Shown here one piece after another: positions 1 through 23,192 of a DNA stretch of 64,000 bases (within the stretch, counting starts at the first letter, position 1; every line of letters begins with the position of its first letter). Location of the stretch: contig NC_067400.1 of the NCBI RefSeq assembly GCF_016432865.1, forward strand, positions 616,776,001-616,840,000, written 5' to 3'. This DNA comes from Antechinus flavipes (lineage: Eukaryota). The position numbers and the translations under genes were made by a program. A model generated the notes under the pieces. That model was not told the DNA's origin, ran no database searches, and was given only the letters and a program-made list of their open reading frames with translations.

Positions 1-40
1 GACGGAGCGGGCTTCATTTTGTTCTCCCGTAGCGGGGAAG

Positions 41-724
41 TCGAGGACTAGAGAGGAGGGGGAGAGAGGGGGCAGGAGGGGGAGGGGGAGGGAAAAGAGG
101 TAGAGGAGGGGGAGGAGGAGGGAGGAGGGAAAAGAGGAGGGGGAAGAGGAGAGGAGGAGGGAAGAAAACAGGGACGAGAAGAGGGAGGAGGAGGGGGAGG
201 AGGAGAAGGAAAAGGATGAGAGGGGGAGGAGCAGAAGAGGGAAGAGAACAAGGAGGGGGAAGAAGGGAAGGAAGAGGAGGAAGGGGAGGAGGGGAAGGAA
301 GGGAAGGAGGAGGGGAAGGAGGAGAAGAGGAGAAAGAGGGGAAGGAGGGGAAGGAAGTGGAGGGGAGGAAGGGAAGGAGCAAAAGAGGGAAGAGGACAAG
401 GAGGGGGAACAGGGTAAGGAAGAGGAGAAGGAGGAGGAAGGGGAGGAGGGGAAGGAAGGGAAGGAGGAGGGGAAGGAGGAGAAGAGGGAGGAAGAGGGGA
501 AGGACAGGAAGGAAGTGGCAAGGAGGAAGGGAAGGAGGAGAAGGAAAAGAGGAGGGGGAGGAAAGGAGAGGAGGGGGAGGGGAGGAGGAAAAGGAAGAGG
601 GGGAAGAAGAGGGGGAAGAGGAAGAGGAAGGGAAGGAAGAGAATCGAGGAGGGGGAGGAAAAGGGAGGAAGCAGCTAGGAGGAGAGGGAAGAGGAGGAGG
701 AGTGGGGGGAGGAAGAGGAGAGAT
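41..724. repeat. Polypurine (GA-rich) low-complexity tract
   Basis: About 680 nt almost entirely A/G on the + strand. Confidence 0.95.
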
Positions 725-812
725 TTCCCTGTCTTTTGGTGGAATCTAAGATGTTACTGGGAAGGAAGCTTTCCTTCCACTCTCCCTTGTCCCTTACCAG
801 ACACAGGCTTCT

Positions 813-817
<5 letters not shown>

Positions 818-853
<36 letters not shown>
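818..853. repeat. (AC)18 microsatellite
   Basis: Read directly. Confidence 0.95.
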
Positions 854-855
<2 letters not shown>

Positions 856-1864
856 AGCAGACAGACGGGCCGGGGCTGGTGTTCAGAGGGAGAACAATGT
901 TTGTCAAGTCGGTAGAGGTCCCTGGACAGTGTGGGACTGAGGCCCTTTCCATGTCCAAGATCTCCGATCCCGTGAGCAGCTGCAGGGTCCCCCCAGGCTC
1001 TCTTTCCTGCCCCAGCTTCAGTTCACACGCTCCTGGAGGAGGGGGGGTGGCGGGTAGGGAGGAAAGGAGGATTGGGGCGATTTCTCCAGCTGCCCTCCAG
1101 GATCAACGGCCTCTCTCTCCCTCCCACCTATCCAGGCCACTAGGAGGAGTCGGCCTTGATTTTCCTAGCTCCCCACTTCCAACCCCCCTCCCCCTTCCTA
1201 ATAAGGGGAAAGGGGCAAAATAGACTGAGGATCTCAAAGCATCATGTAATGTACCCACCCTTCTCCCACTAGGAACGAGCAGGCTGGGCCGGGGCTGGGG
1301 AGGTGAGTGACATCAAGGGTCAATCCTTCCCTGAACCCCCAGAGAAATTCCTGGAAACCTATACTGGGAAGTGGGGGGGGGGGAGGTGGAGAGAAAGAGA
1401 ATGGGAAAAATTCTCTAAATGAAGAAAATGATTCAGGGGGGGAGATGGGAGACTGTGGGGAGTGAGACACAGGAAGTGTTTGCGACGGACCAGGATCGGG
1501 AGCTGAGGAAGGAGCCAGAATATTATATTATCATCACTCATTTGTTTACTGTAGAGACAGCAGTGGTAGGGGTGGAGAGTGCCCTGGGCCAGGAGCCAGG
1601 GAGTCAGAGTTCAAATTGTGGCTTGGCTACTGGCTGTGTGACTTCAGGCAAAGCGTTCCCCCTCTCTGAGCTTCTCTCACTCTGAAACCAGGGGTCTGGT
1701 GTATGTGTGTGTGTGTGGGGGGGGGGTGGACTATCCAATTTTCAAGGGCCTCTTAGTCTTGATATTCTCAGTTCCTTCTAATTCTGACATTCTATGTTTT
1801 AAGTGTTTTCTGGCCAAATTGTGTCCTAAGGTACTTCTCGGCTCCAATATTCTGGACTTTTTGT

Positions 1865-2070
1865 TTTGTAAATAATATTTAATCCCCCCTCCCATTATAT
1901 GTATTTATTTATTTTTAATACACATTGTTGATGCCAAAAGTTGGGAGAGACAAATCAGAACAAAAGGGAAAAACCATGGGGGAGAGAGAGAAAAAAAAAC
2001 CCAGAAAAAAAGAAATGAACATAGTGTGTGACTCCCCATTACATGTAAAGATTGTCTTCAACATTCTTTT
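1865..2070. mobile_element. Marsupial retroposon fragment (WALLSI/RTE-SINE-like); related fragment at about 4430-4620
   Basis: ACAAATCAGAACAAAAGGGAAAA shared between 1949 and 4512; family identity uncertain. Confidence 0.4.
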
Positions 2071-2429
2071 CTCCTCCTCTTCTTCCTTTTCCTCTTCTTC
2101 CTCCTATTTTTTCCCTCCTCCTATTTTTTCCCTCCTCCTCCTCTTCTTCCTCCTCTTTCCGCCATCAGGGTTAAGTGACTTGCCTGGGATCACACAACTA
2201 TTAACTGGCAAGTGTCAGAGGCTGGATTTGAACTCTGATCCTCCTATTTCCAGGGCGGACGCTCTACCCACTTCTTCACCCTTCCACTTCATTTTTGTAA
2301 GATTTTTCATTCCGAGTTTTTCTCCTTTCGGCCTCCCCAATCCGGCAAGCGATCTGACGTAGGTTATATATGTGCGAGCATGGCGACATTCCCACGTTCA
2401 TCGGGACATTCGGTTTTAAAGTCCTGTCC

Positions 2430-2840
2430 AGCTCACATCCAATAGCCTGAGGTTCTGAGCTCTGATTTTCTATGTTCTAAAGTACTTTCAAGCTTTAACA
2501 CTCTATCTTCTCTGTTCCTTCCATTGCTGCCGTTATGTTCTAAGGTCCCTCCCAGATCTAACTTTCGATGTGACATGTTTTTAAATCATTTGCAAAGCTG
2601 ACATCCTGTGTCCTAAGGTCCCCCCTCGCTCGGGCATTCTTTGTCCGATGTGGCCATTGTGTTCTAAGATCCCTCCCATTTTGAACATCCTATGTTCTAA
2701 GGTTCCTCCCAGATTGGCATTTATGTTCCAAAGTTCCTTCCAGCTAACATTGTCTGTCCCAAGACCCTTTCCAGCTCTGACGTTCTAGCCTCTGACATCC
2801 CACGACCTAGGATCCCTCCGAATTCAGTGTTCTAAGGTCC
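2430..2840 (+). repeat. Degenerate ~33-bp TTCTAAG tandem repeat
   Basis: Recurrent TGACAT..TATGTTCTAAGGTCCCT.CCAG. Confidence 0.75.
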
Positions 2841-3340
2841 TTTTGAGCTTGGCCATTCTACGCTATGAGGTCTCGCCTGGCTCTGACAGGAAAAAAACGG
2901 AAGGGATGAGACAATGAGATGTCCTCTCCTTTCCTCTAGACTCCGGGCAGCATCTTTGGACCAAATATGTCTGCCCACAGTTCTCCCCCAAAGCATCACG
3001 ACCTGGACAAAGCCCAAGCCAGTGTGAATCAGACTTGAGTCTTAGACCACGTGACCAGCTGCAAGCTCTCAGGCCAGTCACTCCCCCTTTCCGGGTCTTC
3101 ATTTCTCCCTCAGCACCAGATTGAGGAGTGGATGGGGAGGGTTTGTGTCCTTCAGGACCCCTGCCGGCCCCTTTCCCCTCTACCATCCCTTCCCGCCTCC
3201 CGGGAATTTTGCCCAACCCCTTCTGACCCCTGTTACTTTTATGACTTCCCTGCTGAGAAAGGTTGGACAGTCTGTTATTTGTCCTTAAAATCCCTCCTGC
3301 CTCTTAGGGAGGTCAACAATGCTGTCTCTCCATTTCTCTT

Positions 3341-3487
3341 CTTTTTTTCCCCCCTGAGGCAATTGGGGTTAAGTGACTTGCCCAGGGTCACACAGCCAGG
3401 AAGTGTTAAGTGTCTGAGGCCACATTTGAACTCAGTTCCTCCTGACTTTAGGGCTGGTGCTCTATCCACTACACCACTAGCTGCCCC
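3341..3487 (-). mobile_element. Short tRNA-derived CORE-SINE (WSINE1/MAR1-like)
   Basis: Minus strand GGGGCAGCTAG...GGATAGAGCACCAGCCCT..AGTCAGGAGGAACTGAGTTCAAAT...GTCACTTAACCCCAATTGCCTCAG, with A and B boxes. Confidence 0.75.
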
Positions 3488-3692
3488 CTCTCCATTTATT
3501 TTCAGAAAGAGTCTGTGGGTCCAGATATTGAAGAATGTTAGGCCTGAAAGGGGACTGGAGACTCCTTTCCCTTCCCATTTTGCAGTTAAGAAAACTGAGG
3601 CCCAGCGAGGTAAAGAGATTTGGCCGAAAGTCTAAAGTGCTGTTTAGAAATGGCCTTTAAGATTTCAATTTTAAATCATTTGGTCCTGAAAG

Positions 3693-3911
3693 TGTGATAG
3701 TGAGAAGAACCTTCCATTCAGGAGAGACTCGGGTTTGAATCCTATTGTTAATACTTGCTGTGTGATCCCCGGTGAGTCAGCTCACCTGGCTGAACCTCAG
3801 TTTCCCTATTTGAAGCATATGAGGTATTACCCACTTCACAGGGATGTTTGAGGATCTGAAGCCCCCATGGGGTGCAAAGCACTTTCCAAAGCATAAAAAA
3901 TGTCAGCTATT
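3693..3911 (+). mobile_element. MIR-like SINE
   Basis: GGGTTTGAATCC B box, CORE CCTCAGTTTCCC, tail GCAAAGCACTTT. Confidence 0.6.
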
Positions 3912-5264
3912 TGTTTCTTCCCAGTCTCCTGTTCTCTCTGGGTTAAAAGTCCTGCGCTCCTTCCGCTGGCCCCCATGACCCGGTTTCTACTTCCTCCCTC
4001 CCCTCCTTTCCTGAGTTCCCTGCTTCAGACAGGACCCAATGTCCCCTCTTAGATGGGCTGCCTCTGTCTGGCCGGGCAGCTCCCTCAGGAAGGCACGTGG
4101 GACCCAGTCAGCTCTGCCTCCTCCCAGCAGCCCCTCGGGAAAGGATCATGGCATTAATCTATAACATCTCATTCAGGGGAGGGACTGCTGAGAGCAGAGC
4201 CTAACTTCCTGCCCAGGGCAGGAATCCCCTGAATGGCCTCTAACCACAGTCATCCATCATTTGTTTGGGTACATTCAGTGACAGGAACAGACTCAAATTC
4301 CCATTCCATTTTTGTAGATTTGCAACTGTCAGGGGAAAAAATGGGTTCTAGTCCCCACCATGACCTTGGATACTTAAGTTGCGTCCTCTACTTCAATCTT
4401 CCTAGCTGTAGAATGGCCATGTGTGGATTAGACAATTTTTTTTCTTATTTATTTTATGCTATACACGTACATTCATTTTTCATCTATTTCCATGAGTCAG
4501 ATTGGAAGAAAACAAATCAGAACAAAAGGGAAAATGAGAAAGAAAAAAATAAAAGGTGAAAATAGAGTTCATTGATACACATTCAGGCTCCATAGGTCTC
4601 TCTCTGCCTGACATTTTCCATCCAAAGTTTATTGGGATTGCCTTGGATCACTGAATTGCTGAGAACCAAGTATTGGACATCTTTAAACGTCGTTCTAGTC
4701 CCAACGTTCTGATGTGCCCCTTTCAGAGACCACAGCCTGAGGAGGGGGCCTGTGTCAAACCCATGTTTCAGGCAAGTTGACAGTAGTGACATTTCCCCCA
4801 CAAAGTGGGATTTCAAGAGAAAAGGGTGAAGAGACTCTTGGGTAGTTCCCCACTGCCTCCAGTGGACAATGGTAAGAATTTCTCACAGCCCCAGTTCAAA
4901 AAGGAATGAATCATTTCTCCCCCGAAGGACAGTTTCCCATCATACTCCCTGTTCTTAAAGTCCTTGGTGAAAGACAAACGAGTTCTCCACCAGAATCTGT
5001 CCCCATAGCCATTAATGGTATAGGAAAGGGATCTCAACAGTCCTCTCCGGCGGAGAGAAGGGGTCCTCCATGTATCCATGGAAACATGGGATATATGGGA
5101 TATAGGAAGGACCACAGGCAGGCATTAGGTGGTCTAGAGAGGCTGCCCATAACATCTGATGGAGGGGAAGGAGGATCTTTCAAAACTCGTTGAGCTTCCC
5201 AACATCCTATGTAGGTGAGGGGATATTTCTCACAAGGGGAAAAATCTCTGGGAGACAAGGGCAG

Positions 5265-5990
5265 GGAAGGAGGAAGAATGAAGGGAGAGGAGGAGGAGGA
5301 GGAGGAGGAGGAGGGGAAAGAGGCCAGGGAGAGGAAAGAGGGAAGGAAAGGAGTAAGCACCATGGAGGGAGAGGGGAGAGACAAAGGGAGGAAGAGGGGG
5401 AGGTGGAAGGAAGGGATGGGAAGAACAAAGGCAGGAAGAAGAAAAAGTTAAAGGGAGGGATGGGAAGGACAAGGGGAGGAAGAGGGAAAAGAAGAGAGGA
5501 ATGGGAAGGGCAGAGACAGGGAGAGGGAAAAAAAGAGGGATGGGAAGGACAGAAGGAGAGAGAGAGCAAAGAAGGGAGGGATGGGAAGAGGGAAAAGGGA
5601 GGGGTGGTGGGAAGGACAGAAGGAGGGAGAGAGAAAAGGGAAGGATGTGAAGGCCAAAGGAAGGGAGAGGGGAAAGAAGGGAAGGATGGGAAGGAGAAGG
5701 AGGGAGAGAGGGAAAAGAAGGAGGAATGGGAAGGACAGAGGGAGAGGAAAAGATGGGAAGAGGGAAACGGGAAGGATGAGAAGGACCGAGGGAGGGAGAG
5801 GGAAAAGGAAAAGGAAAAACAGGGAAGGGAGAGGAAAAGAAGGACGAGGGACGGGGAAACGACGGGAAGAGGAGAGAAAAGTGAGGAGGGAGAGGGAGAG
5901 AAGGGAGTGGGAAGGAAGGACAAGAGAAGGGACGAAGGAGGAAGAGAGTTTGGAAAAGAAGGGAGGGGAGGAAAAATGAGGGGAGGGGGC
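5265..5990. repeat. Polypurine (GA-rich) low-complexity tract upstream of the OPA3 promoter
   Basis: About 720 nt of GGGA/GGAA-type degenerate repeats. Confidence 0.95.
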
Positions 5991-6119
5991 GTTTCTCCCC
6001 AAGTCCGGGAAGCGGGGTGAGGGACGACGCTCCCTTTCCAGGCTTCGGGGGTCAATGGGACATTCGGCTTCGGAAGACGAATCTAGACGATTAATCAGCA
6101 TGAATCGATCACCTCAAGG

Positions 6120-6935
6120 AGCGTGACGTCACAGCCAAGATTCGTGACATCACAATGGCCGGTCCACTTCCCAAAGGAATCTGCGAGCTTTCCCCCATCT
6201 CCGCCTCCGCCTCTCAGGGTGTTGGACTTATTTACATATTGATAAAGGCAAAGGCCCGCAGCGTCAGGCGGGGCGTGGTGGCGTCATCACGCCCCTCATT
6301 GACGGAGTAGCGCATGCGCACAGGTTTCCACCCCGCCCACGGTCAACCGGCTACGACGCGCGCGTGCACCGAGGGCTCGCGCCCCGGTGTCACCCGGCCT
6401 GGCCGTGACGCACGTGCGGCCGCCAAGATGGTGGTGGGCGCGTTCCCCATGGCGAAGCTGCTGTACCTGGGCGTGCGGCAGCTCAGCAAGCCGCTGGCCC
6501 AAAGGATTAAGGAGGGGGCGCGCCGGAGCCAATTCTTTCGGAACTACGTCTGCCTGCCACCCGCCCAGCGTAAGCCTGACCCCAGAATCCCCCCTGTTCC
6601 CTGTGATGGTCCTTTCCGGACCTGGAGCCCCGCCCCTCGCTCTCCTTCCCCTCTCACCTGAGTGGCTAATTGGAACGCGGCGCGCGACCCCATCTAGCCA
6701 ATCAGGAGACGCTGTCGCGCGCCGGCGAGGCGTGTCTGTTCCCGTTCTCTCCTCTTCCTCTCGAGACAGCCAGCTAGCCCAATGGGGGTGCCGCGTCCTC
6801 TCTGCACCGGCCAATGGCTGGAAGTCGCTGTGCTCCGGCCCGCCCTTTCTTTTTCTCTCCCACTCCCTCGTGGAGGCACGGCAAGCCAATGGGAAAGTGG
6901 CAATGCTGAGACGGAAGGCGACCTTAACCAATGGA
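6120..6935 (+). promoter_or_regulatory. OPA3 CpG-island promoter: CRE, NRF1 palindrome, GC box; CCAAT cluster in intron 1
   Basis: TGACGTCA 6124-6131; GCGCATGCGC 6310-6319; CpG-rich sequence; CCAAT/ATTGG at 6669, 6698, 6779, 6811, 6886, 6928. Confidence 0.75.
6428..6569 (+). CDS. OPA3: OPA3 coding exon 1 (142 nt)
   Basis: ATG in context GCCAAGATGG; donor C|GTAAGC. Confidence 0.96.
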
Positions 6936-9355
6936 GGGGATAGAAGGACGGGCAGGGCCGGTCTAGTTTGACTTTGAACAGGAGGAATGACAGAGACGGG
7001 GCGGGGCTTCGGGGTTATTGGGACCTCGGTGTGGGCAGGGGAGGACTTAGTGGGACATCTAAGTAGTGCTTTGAGAGGCAGGGGGAGTGAGCCTGGGTCC
7101 CGATCCCGCTTCTACTGCTCAGGGCTGTGTGACCCGGGGGGAGCTGCACACCCTCTCTGGTCCCCACTCTAAACTTGCTAAACGGGCCTGGGTCGTCCTG
7201 GGGCCTTGAGCCTCGAGGGCCGGGGGAGGCACAGCTAGCAACTGTTTGCCCGCACGCTCTCCTGTGAGCCTCGCCACAACCCTGGGAGGCAGGGGCTCGT
7301 GTCACCCCATTTTGCAGATGATAAAACTGAGGCAGAGAGGGGTGAGATCGTTCAGTCAGCATCCCCCAGCTAGTGAGCGCCTGATGTCACATTTGGACTC
7401 GGGTTCCGGAGCTGTTAATCCGCCTGTCAATAAGCCTGCCCTCACTGCCCGCGCTCCCCAGGCCGGGCACTGCCCGCCTAGGGGCCGCCCTCTCGCTGGG
7501 GCAGGATTTCCTGTGCCCGCTGCTTGGGGCACCCCCCGCAGCCAGTGGGAGCCCCAGCCTGTCCCGGGCCGTCCCGGGCTGCTCCGCCATCTCCTTCCGC
7601 CTCAGCTCTGGAACTTGGCCCCTGCTTATCTGGGGCCTCCTCTGCGCTTGAGCCGTTTGCCCTGACCCTTCCAGTCCAAAGATCAGCGGCTCTGGCACGA
7701 GCGCAGGGCGGCCTCCTCCCCCAGCGGAGAGTTCTCGCCCTTGTTGCTGTCCCCAGCTCTCCCCCTGTGCCATTCTGAGAGCGTCTGCCCCGGCTGCCCT
7801 TCGGGAGCGCTTTCCCATGGGCCCGTGGCCCGGCTGGGCCCTCCTGGTGTCCTTGGGGTCCGTTCACATGGGCAGGTGCCCCCTTCTCCTCGGTGGGATC
7901 GTGACCCCGAGGACGCTGTAAGAGGCCCCCGCCCGCCCTCGTCCCTGTTGGAACGGGGACTAGACTCTGTGATGGACAGTCCCCCTGTGGTGGCCCCTGT
8001 TAGAGCAGACGTAAAAAGGAGCCGGCCCCATTGGGGGTCTCCCGGCAGAGGCAGCTGGAGGGTTTGCCTTTTCCTTCTCTAGCTCATTTGACAAAAGGGG
8101 ACACTGAGGCAAACAGGACCCGCAGCTTGGGGGGTGGGGTGGGGGGGAGGCTCGGGAAGATGATTCCACTCCCGGCCTGGCTCCGCCTTCTTTCCCAGAC
8201 TCCTTATCTCTTTCCCCTTTCTGCCCGGAAGGGCTAGGACATTTGTGCCTGGCTTGATGGCTTTATCTTCTCGTGGTCATTTCCTTCCACATTTCAGCTG
8301 CTTCAGTATCTGGGGGCAAACGTAGCCTCCTGATGTCCGGCGGCTTCCTCCTACCCTAAGCAGCAGCCTCCATTTACCTGGCCTGTGGGGGGCCCTTCCC
8401 AGCAAGCCCCCCGCTGTCTGCCCTTGCTTTCAGACCCCCCGGGCCGCGGCCTGAGACCGCTGAGGCCCAGGTCTGTGGTCGGCTCCTTCCTCGAGGGCCC
8501 CGGGAACCCTTGGGCAGCATCTCGGAGCAATTCTCTTCCGTTTATGGTGGGCTGGGGACCTTATGGACCCTTTCCCCGAATAAAGCGTTTAAATGCATCA
8601 AATAGAGCGGGCAGAAAAGGAACCGATTCTATTGAAATACATTCCTCCAAACTCCACCAGCTTGCCACTCCTCAAGGCGTTCTGAATTCTTCTTGACAGT
8701 CGGGGACCCCAGACTGGAGCCCGGCTCTGTAGGGCGGAGCGGGAAAGCCCTCCAGAGGCCGGGTTCTTCTCCCACCCCCTTCCCACCTCCTTCCTCTCTC
8801 TACTCCGGAGCGAATTGACGTTTCCTCAGAGGGAAACCGACTTGGCCAGGCAGACCCAGTTCTAGGCCTGGGCCCTTAGAGGCCATTTCTATTTCACAGA
8901 TGGGGAAGCTGAGGCCCAGAGAGGGAAAGGAGCTTGTCCAGGGCCCCGGCCCCCATCCCGGCCTCACCCCGCCCTCCTTCATCTCTGCAGTGTACCACTG
9001 GGTGGAGATGCGGACAAAGATGCGGATCCTGGGCTTCCGGGGAAGCACCATCAAGCCCCTCAACGAGGAGGCTGCGGCGGACCTGGGGGCTGAGCTGCTG
9101 GGGGAGGCCACCATCTTCCTGGTGGGCGGCGGCTGCCTGGTCATGGAGTACGTGCGCCACTCCTCCCAGAACAAGCGCAAGGAGGAGGAGCAGCAGCTGG
9201 TGATGGAGTCCTTTCAGCACGAGCTCAACTTTCTCACCCTGAGCATAGAAACCCTGCAGACTCAGCAGGCCGAGATCTCCCAGAACCTGGAGACCATAAA
9301 GGGGCTAGAGACCCAGATCAAAGAGCTCAGGGAACTCCTGGAGAAAAAGAAATAG
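6428..9355 (+). CDS. OPA3: Optic atrophy 3 protein (mitochondrial), 2 coding exons, 168 aa
   Basis: Exons 6428-6569 and 8991-9355 join in frame across a GT(6570)..AG(8990) intron. Translation [29 protein letters not shown]...[18 protein letters not shown]...[16 protein letters not shown] matches OPA3. Confidence 0.97.
8991..9355 (+). CDS. OPA3: OPA3 coding exon 2 (365 nt, ends ELLEKKK-stop)
   Basis: Acceptor ATCTCTGCAG|TGTAC; ORF 8900..9355. Confidence 0.96.
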
Positions 9356-10260
9356 AGGCTCCTCCGGTTCCGGGGGGGCCGCGGCCCTCTCCCCCCCGCG
9401 CACCGGCCCTGCGGGGAAGCCTTCTCGGGCCCCCTCCAAGGGGATTGTTGCCAACACGGTCCCTCCCACCCTCGGCCCCAACCACTTGTTGGGGCATTCG
9501 CGGCCCGTGTGAGGTTTCCCCTCTCCCCACCGGCCTCCTTCTTTGAGCATCGGCCAGACTTTCCACCTCATGTTCCTCTGTCACGTCCTGGGAGTAAAAA
9601 ATTGGCCAGTGCGCTGCTCTCCTGTGGTCCTATCCAGCTCCCCCGCACCCCTGCCCCCGTTGGCGTCTTCTCCCAGCTCCCCGGGCCCATGGGCGGCTCC
9701 CGCCTGCCTTCCCTCTCCCGGTGCATCACGTCCAGCAATCTCGGCTCCCACAAGGGGGGAATCTCCCCTCTGGATCTCATCCTCCCCCCTTGGAGCCTCG
9801 GGGCCTTTCAGGGCCCGCCCGTTGTTTCTACCCCCGCCTTCTTTGGCCCATGGAGATGTCTCTTGGGGGCGTCTCCGTGGAGATCTCGCCCCACACCGCT
9901 CCTGACCAGCCCTCCTTGGATTATCTCCATTCTTGGCTTGGATGAGGGGGGTCTCATGTCCTTTTTTCTTGGACTGGGTCTGAGAATCCCTCAGCCCAGC
10001 CTCCTGTTGCCCCGAACCTGCTCCCATGGATCCCACCACATTTCATCCTTCTCTCCCGGGACAGGGACAGGAGTGACCTCACTGGCCAAAATCCCAGGGG
10101 AAAAGCCTGCCTCTGCTCTGTCCCCCTCCCGGGGACACAAGAGCCCTGGATTTTGCACAGGGCTCCTCTGCCTTCCCACCCACCGCCCCCCTGGAAGAAG
10201 CTGGGGTTTGGGGCAGATCTCTGGGCCGGGTCTATTTTTTACCACTGTAAATACTTCACA

Positions 10261-10266
10261 ATTAAA
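10261..10266 (+). terminator. Candidate OPA3 polyadenylation signal (ATTAAA)
   Basis: ATTAAA about 900 nt after the stop, followed by GT-rich sequence (GGTCTGTGTGGTGTG). Confidence 0.55.
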
Positions 10267-10643
10267 GCGGGGGCCGGCCTTACCGGGTCAGTACACTGAT
10301 GGTCTGTGTGGTGTGGGGGGGAAAGGCGGGGTGACCCCTCCTGAGGTCGGAGGGTTGAATGTTTACAGTTGTTCACACTGAATGGGACCTTTCAGGTGAA
10401 GGCTGCAAGCTCCCCTCTCCCACCAGCAGGAGGCACATTTAGGCCTTAACCGAGGTCTGGAGCACAAGGGCGAGCCTCAGGCGGGGCAGGGAGTAAACAC
10501 CCGGCCAGGGGGCTTACGCAGCCCCCCCTGCTCCCCCCAGGGAAGGAAGGGCCGGGCCAGTGTCCTAGACCAGGGCAGGGCAGGGCCCAGGCTAACCACC
10601 AGACAGCCAGAGGTGTGTTGTGGGAGAAAAGAAAAATGGGTCA

Positions 10644-10649
10644 TTTATT
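10644..10649 (-). terminator. VASP polyadenylation signal (AATAAA)
   Basis: TTTATT on + strand at the end of an AU-rich ~700-nt 3' UTR. Confidence 0.7.
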
Positions 10650-11347
10650 CCAAGCGAGACCATCTCACCAAGGGGAAGGGGAGGAGAGGACCGTCCCCCA
10701 CCCCCAGAAGGGCGTCCTGCTTCCATCCGCTCTCCCACCCAAGGGAGTGGCTCCCAAACCCAAACGTACCCAAATCAAAAGAAAAAAAAGCTTTGTCCAA
10801 AAAAAGTTACAGTATTTTATAGAATTATAGCATCTTAATTCCATATAGAAAAGGGGTAGGGGAATCTTTTCAGGGAGAGGGGAGAAGGGTTCCCTGCAGT
10901 GGAGAGAGGTCCTGGCTCCCTATTCCCCCTGGAAGAACCGCACCCCCAGAGGGGGCAGCTAGGATTACAGCATTTAAGACTGCCAAGACCCCACCCTTAT
11001 CAAAACAAATAAAATCCCCCCCCCTTTCCCCTCGCGAACAAATATATATATATATATATTTATTTTTATCTTAAAAAAATTGAAGGCTTTTAAGGATTAA
11101 AGTGAACGTTGGACCCTCAGAGGGGCTCCAGGAAGAGGAGAAAGGGTCTCTCCCCTTCTTCCCCTTTGGGGCTGATCCGTCCCAAGCAGAAGCAGGAGCC
11201 CCAGGGGGACCGAGGGAGGAAGGGACCGAGGGCAGGGGTAGGTGGAGCCCCCTGCTGGGGGGAGGGGCGGCTGGGCCTCCTCTTGGGTCTTCCGAGTGGG
11301 CTGAAAGGCGGCTTTGGAATGGGGGCTCGGCTCCCAGGTCCTTCGGG

Positions 11348-23192
<11,845 letters not shown>

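Noticed and set aside
14-814. Long Arg/Gly/Glu- or Pro/Ser-rich ORFs (also 5190-6101)
   Set aside because: Translations of polypurine low-complexity tracts, open in several frames.
3341-3487. tRNA-like A and B boxes
   Set aside because: They belong to SINE heads; there is no cloverleaf or tRNA gene.
4813-5193. Overlapping ~100-aa ORFs on both strands
   Set aside because: No recognisable homology or splice context, and they lie among repeat fragments. A BLASTX would be needed to exclude a retroelement or pseudogene piece.
1-6000. GPR4, expected next to OPA3 by human synteny
   Set aside because: No GPCR coding sequence is visible. Part of its 3' UTR might lie here but cannot be supported.
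6314-6427. Upstream in-frame ATG giving OPA3 a 38-aa N-terminal extension
   Set aside because: The ATG lies inside the NRF1 palindrome, probably upstream of the TSS, in a poor context. The conserved protein begins at 6428.
9509-10381. 290-aa ORF after the OPA3 stop
   Set aside because: Starts at a non-ATG codon, has GC-rich 3' UTR composition and no recognisable domain; it is not a second OPA3 exon.
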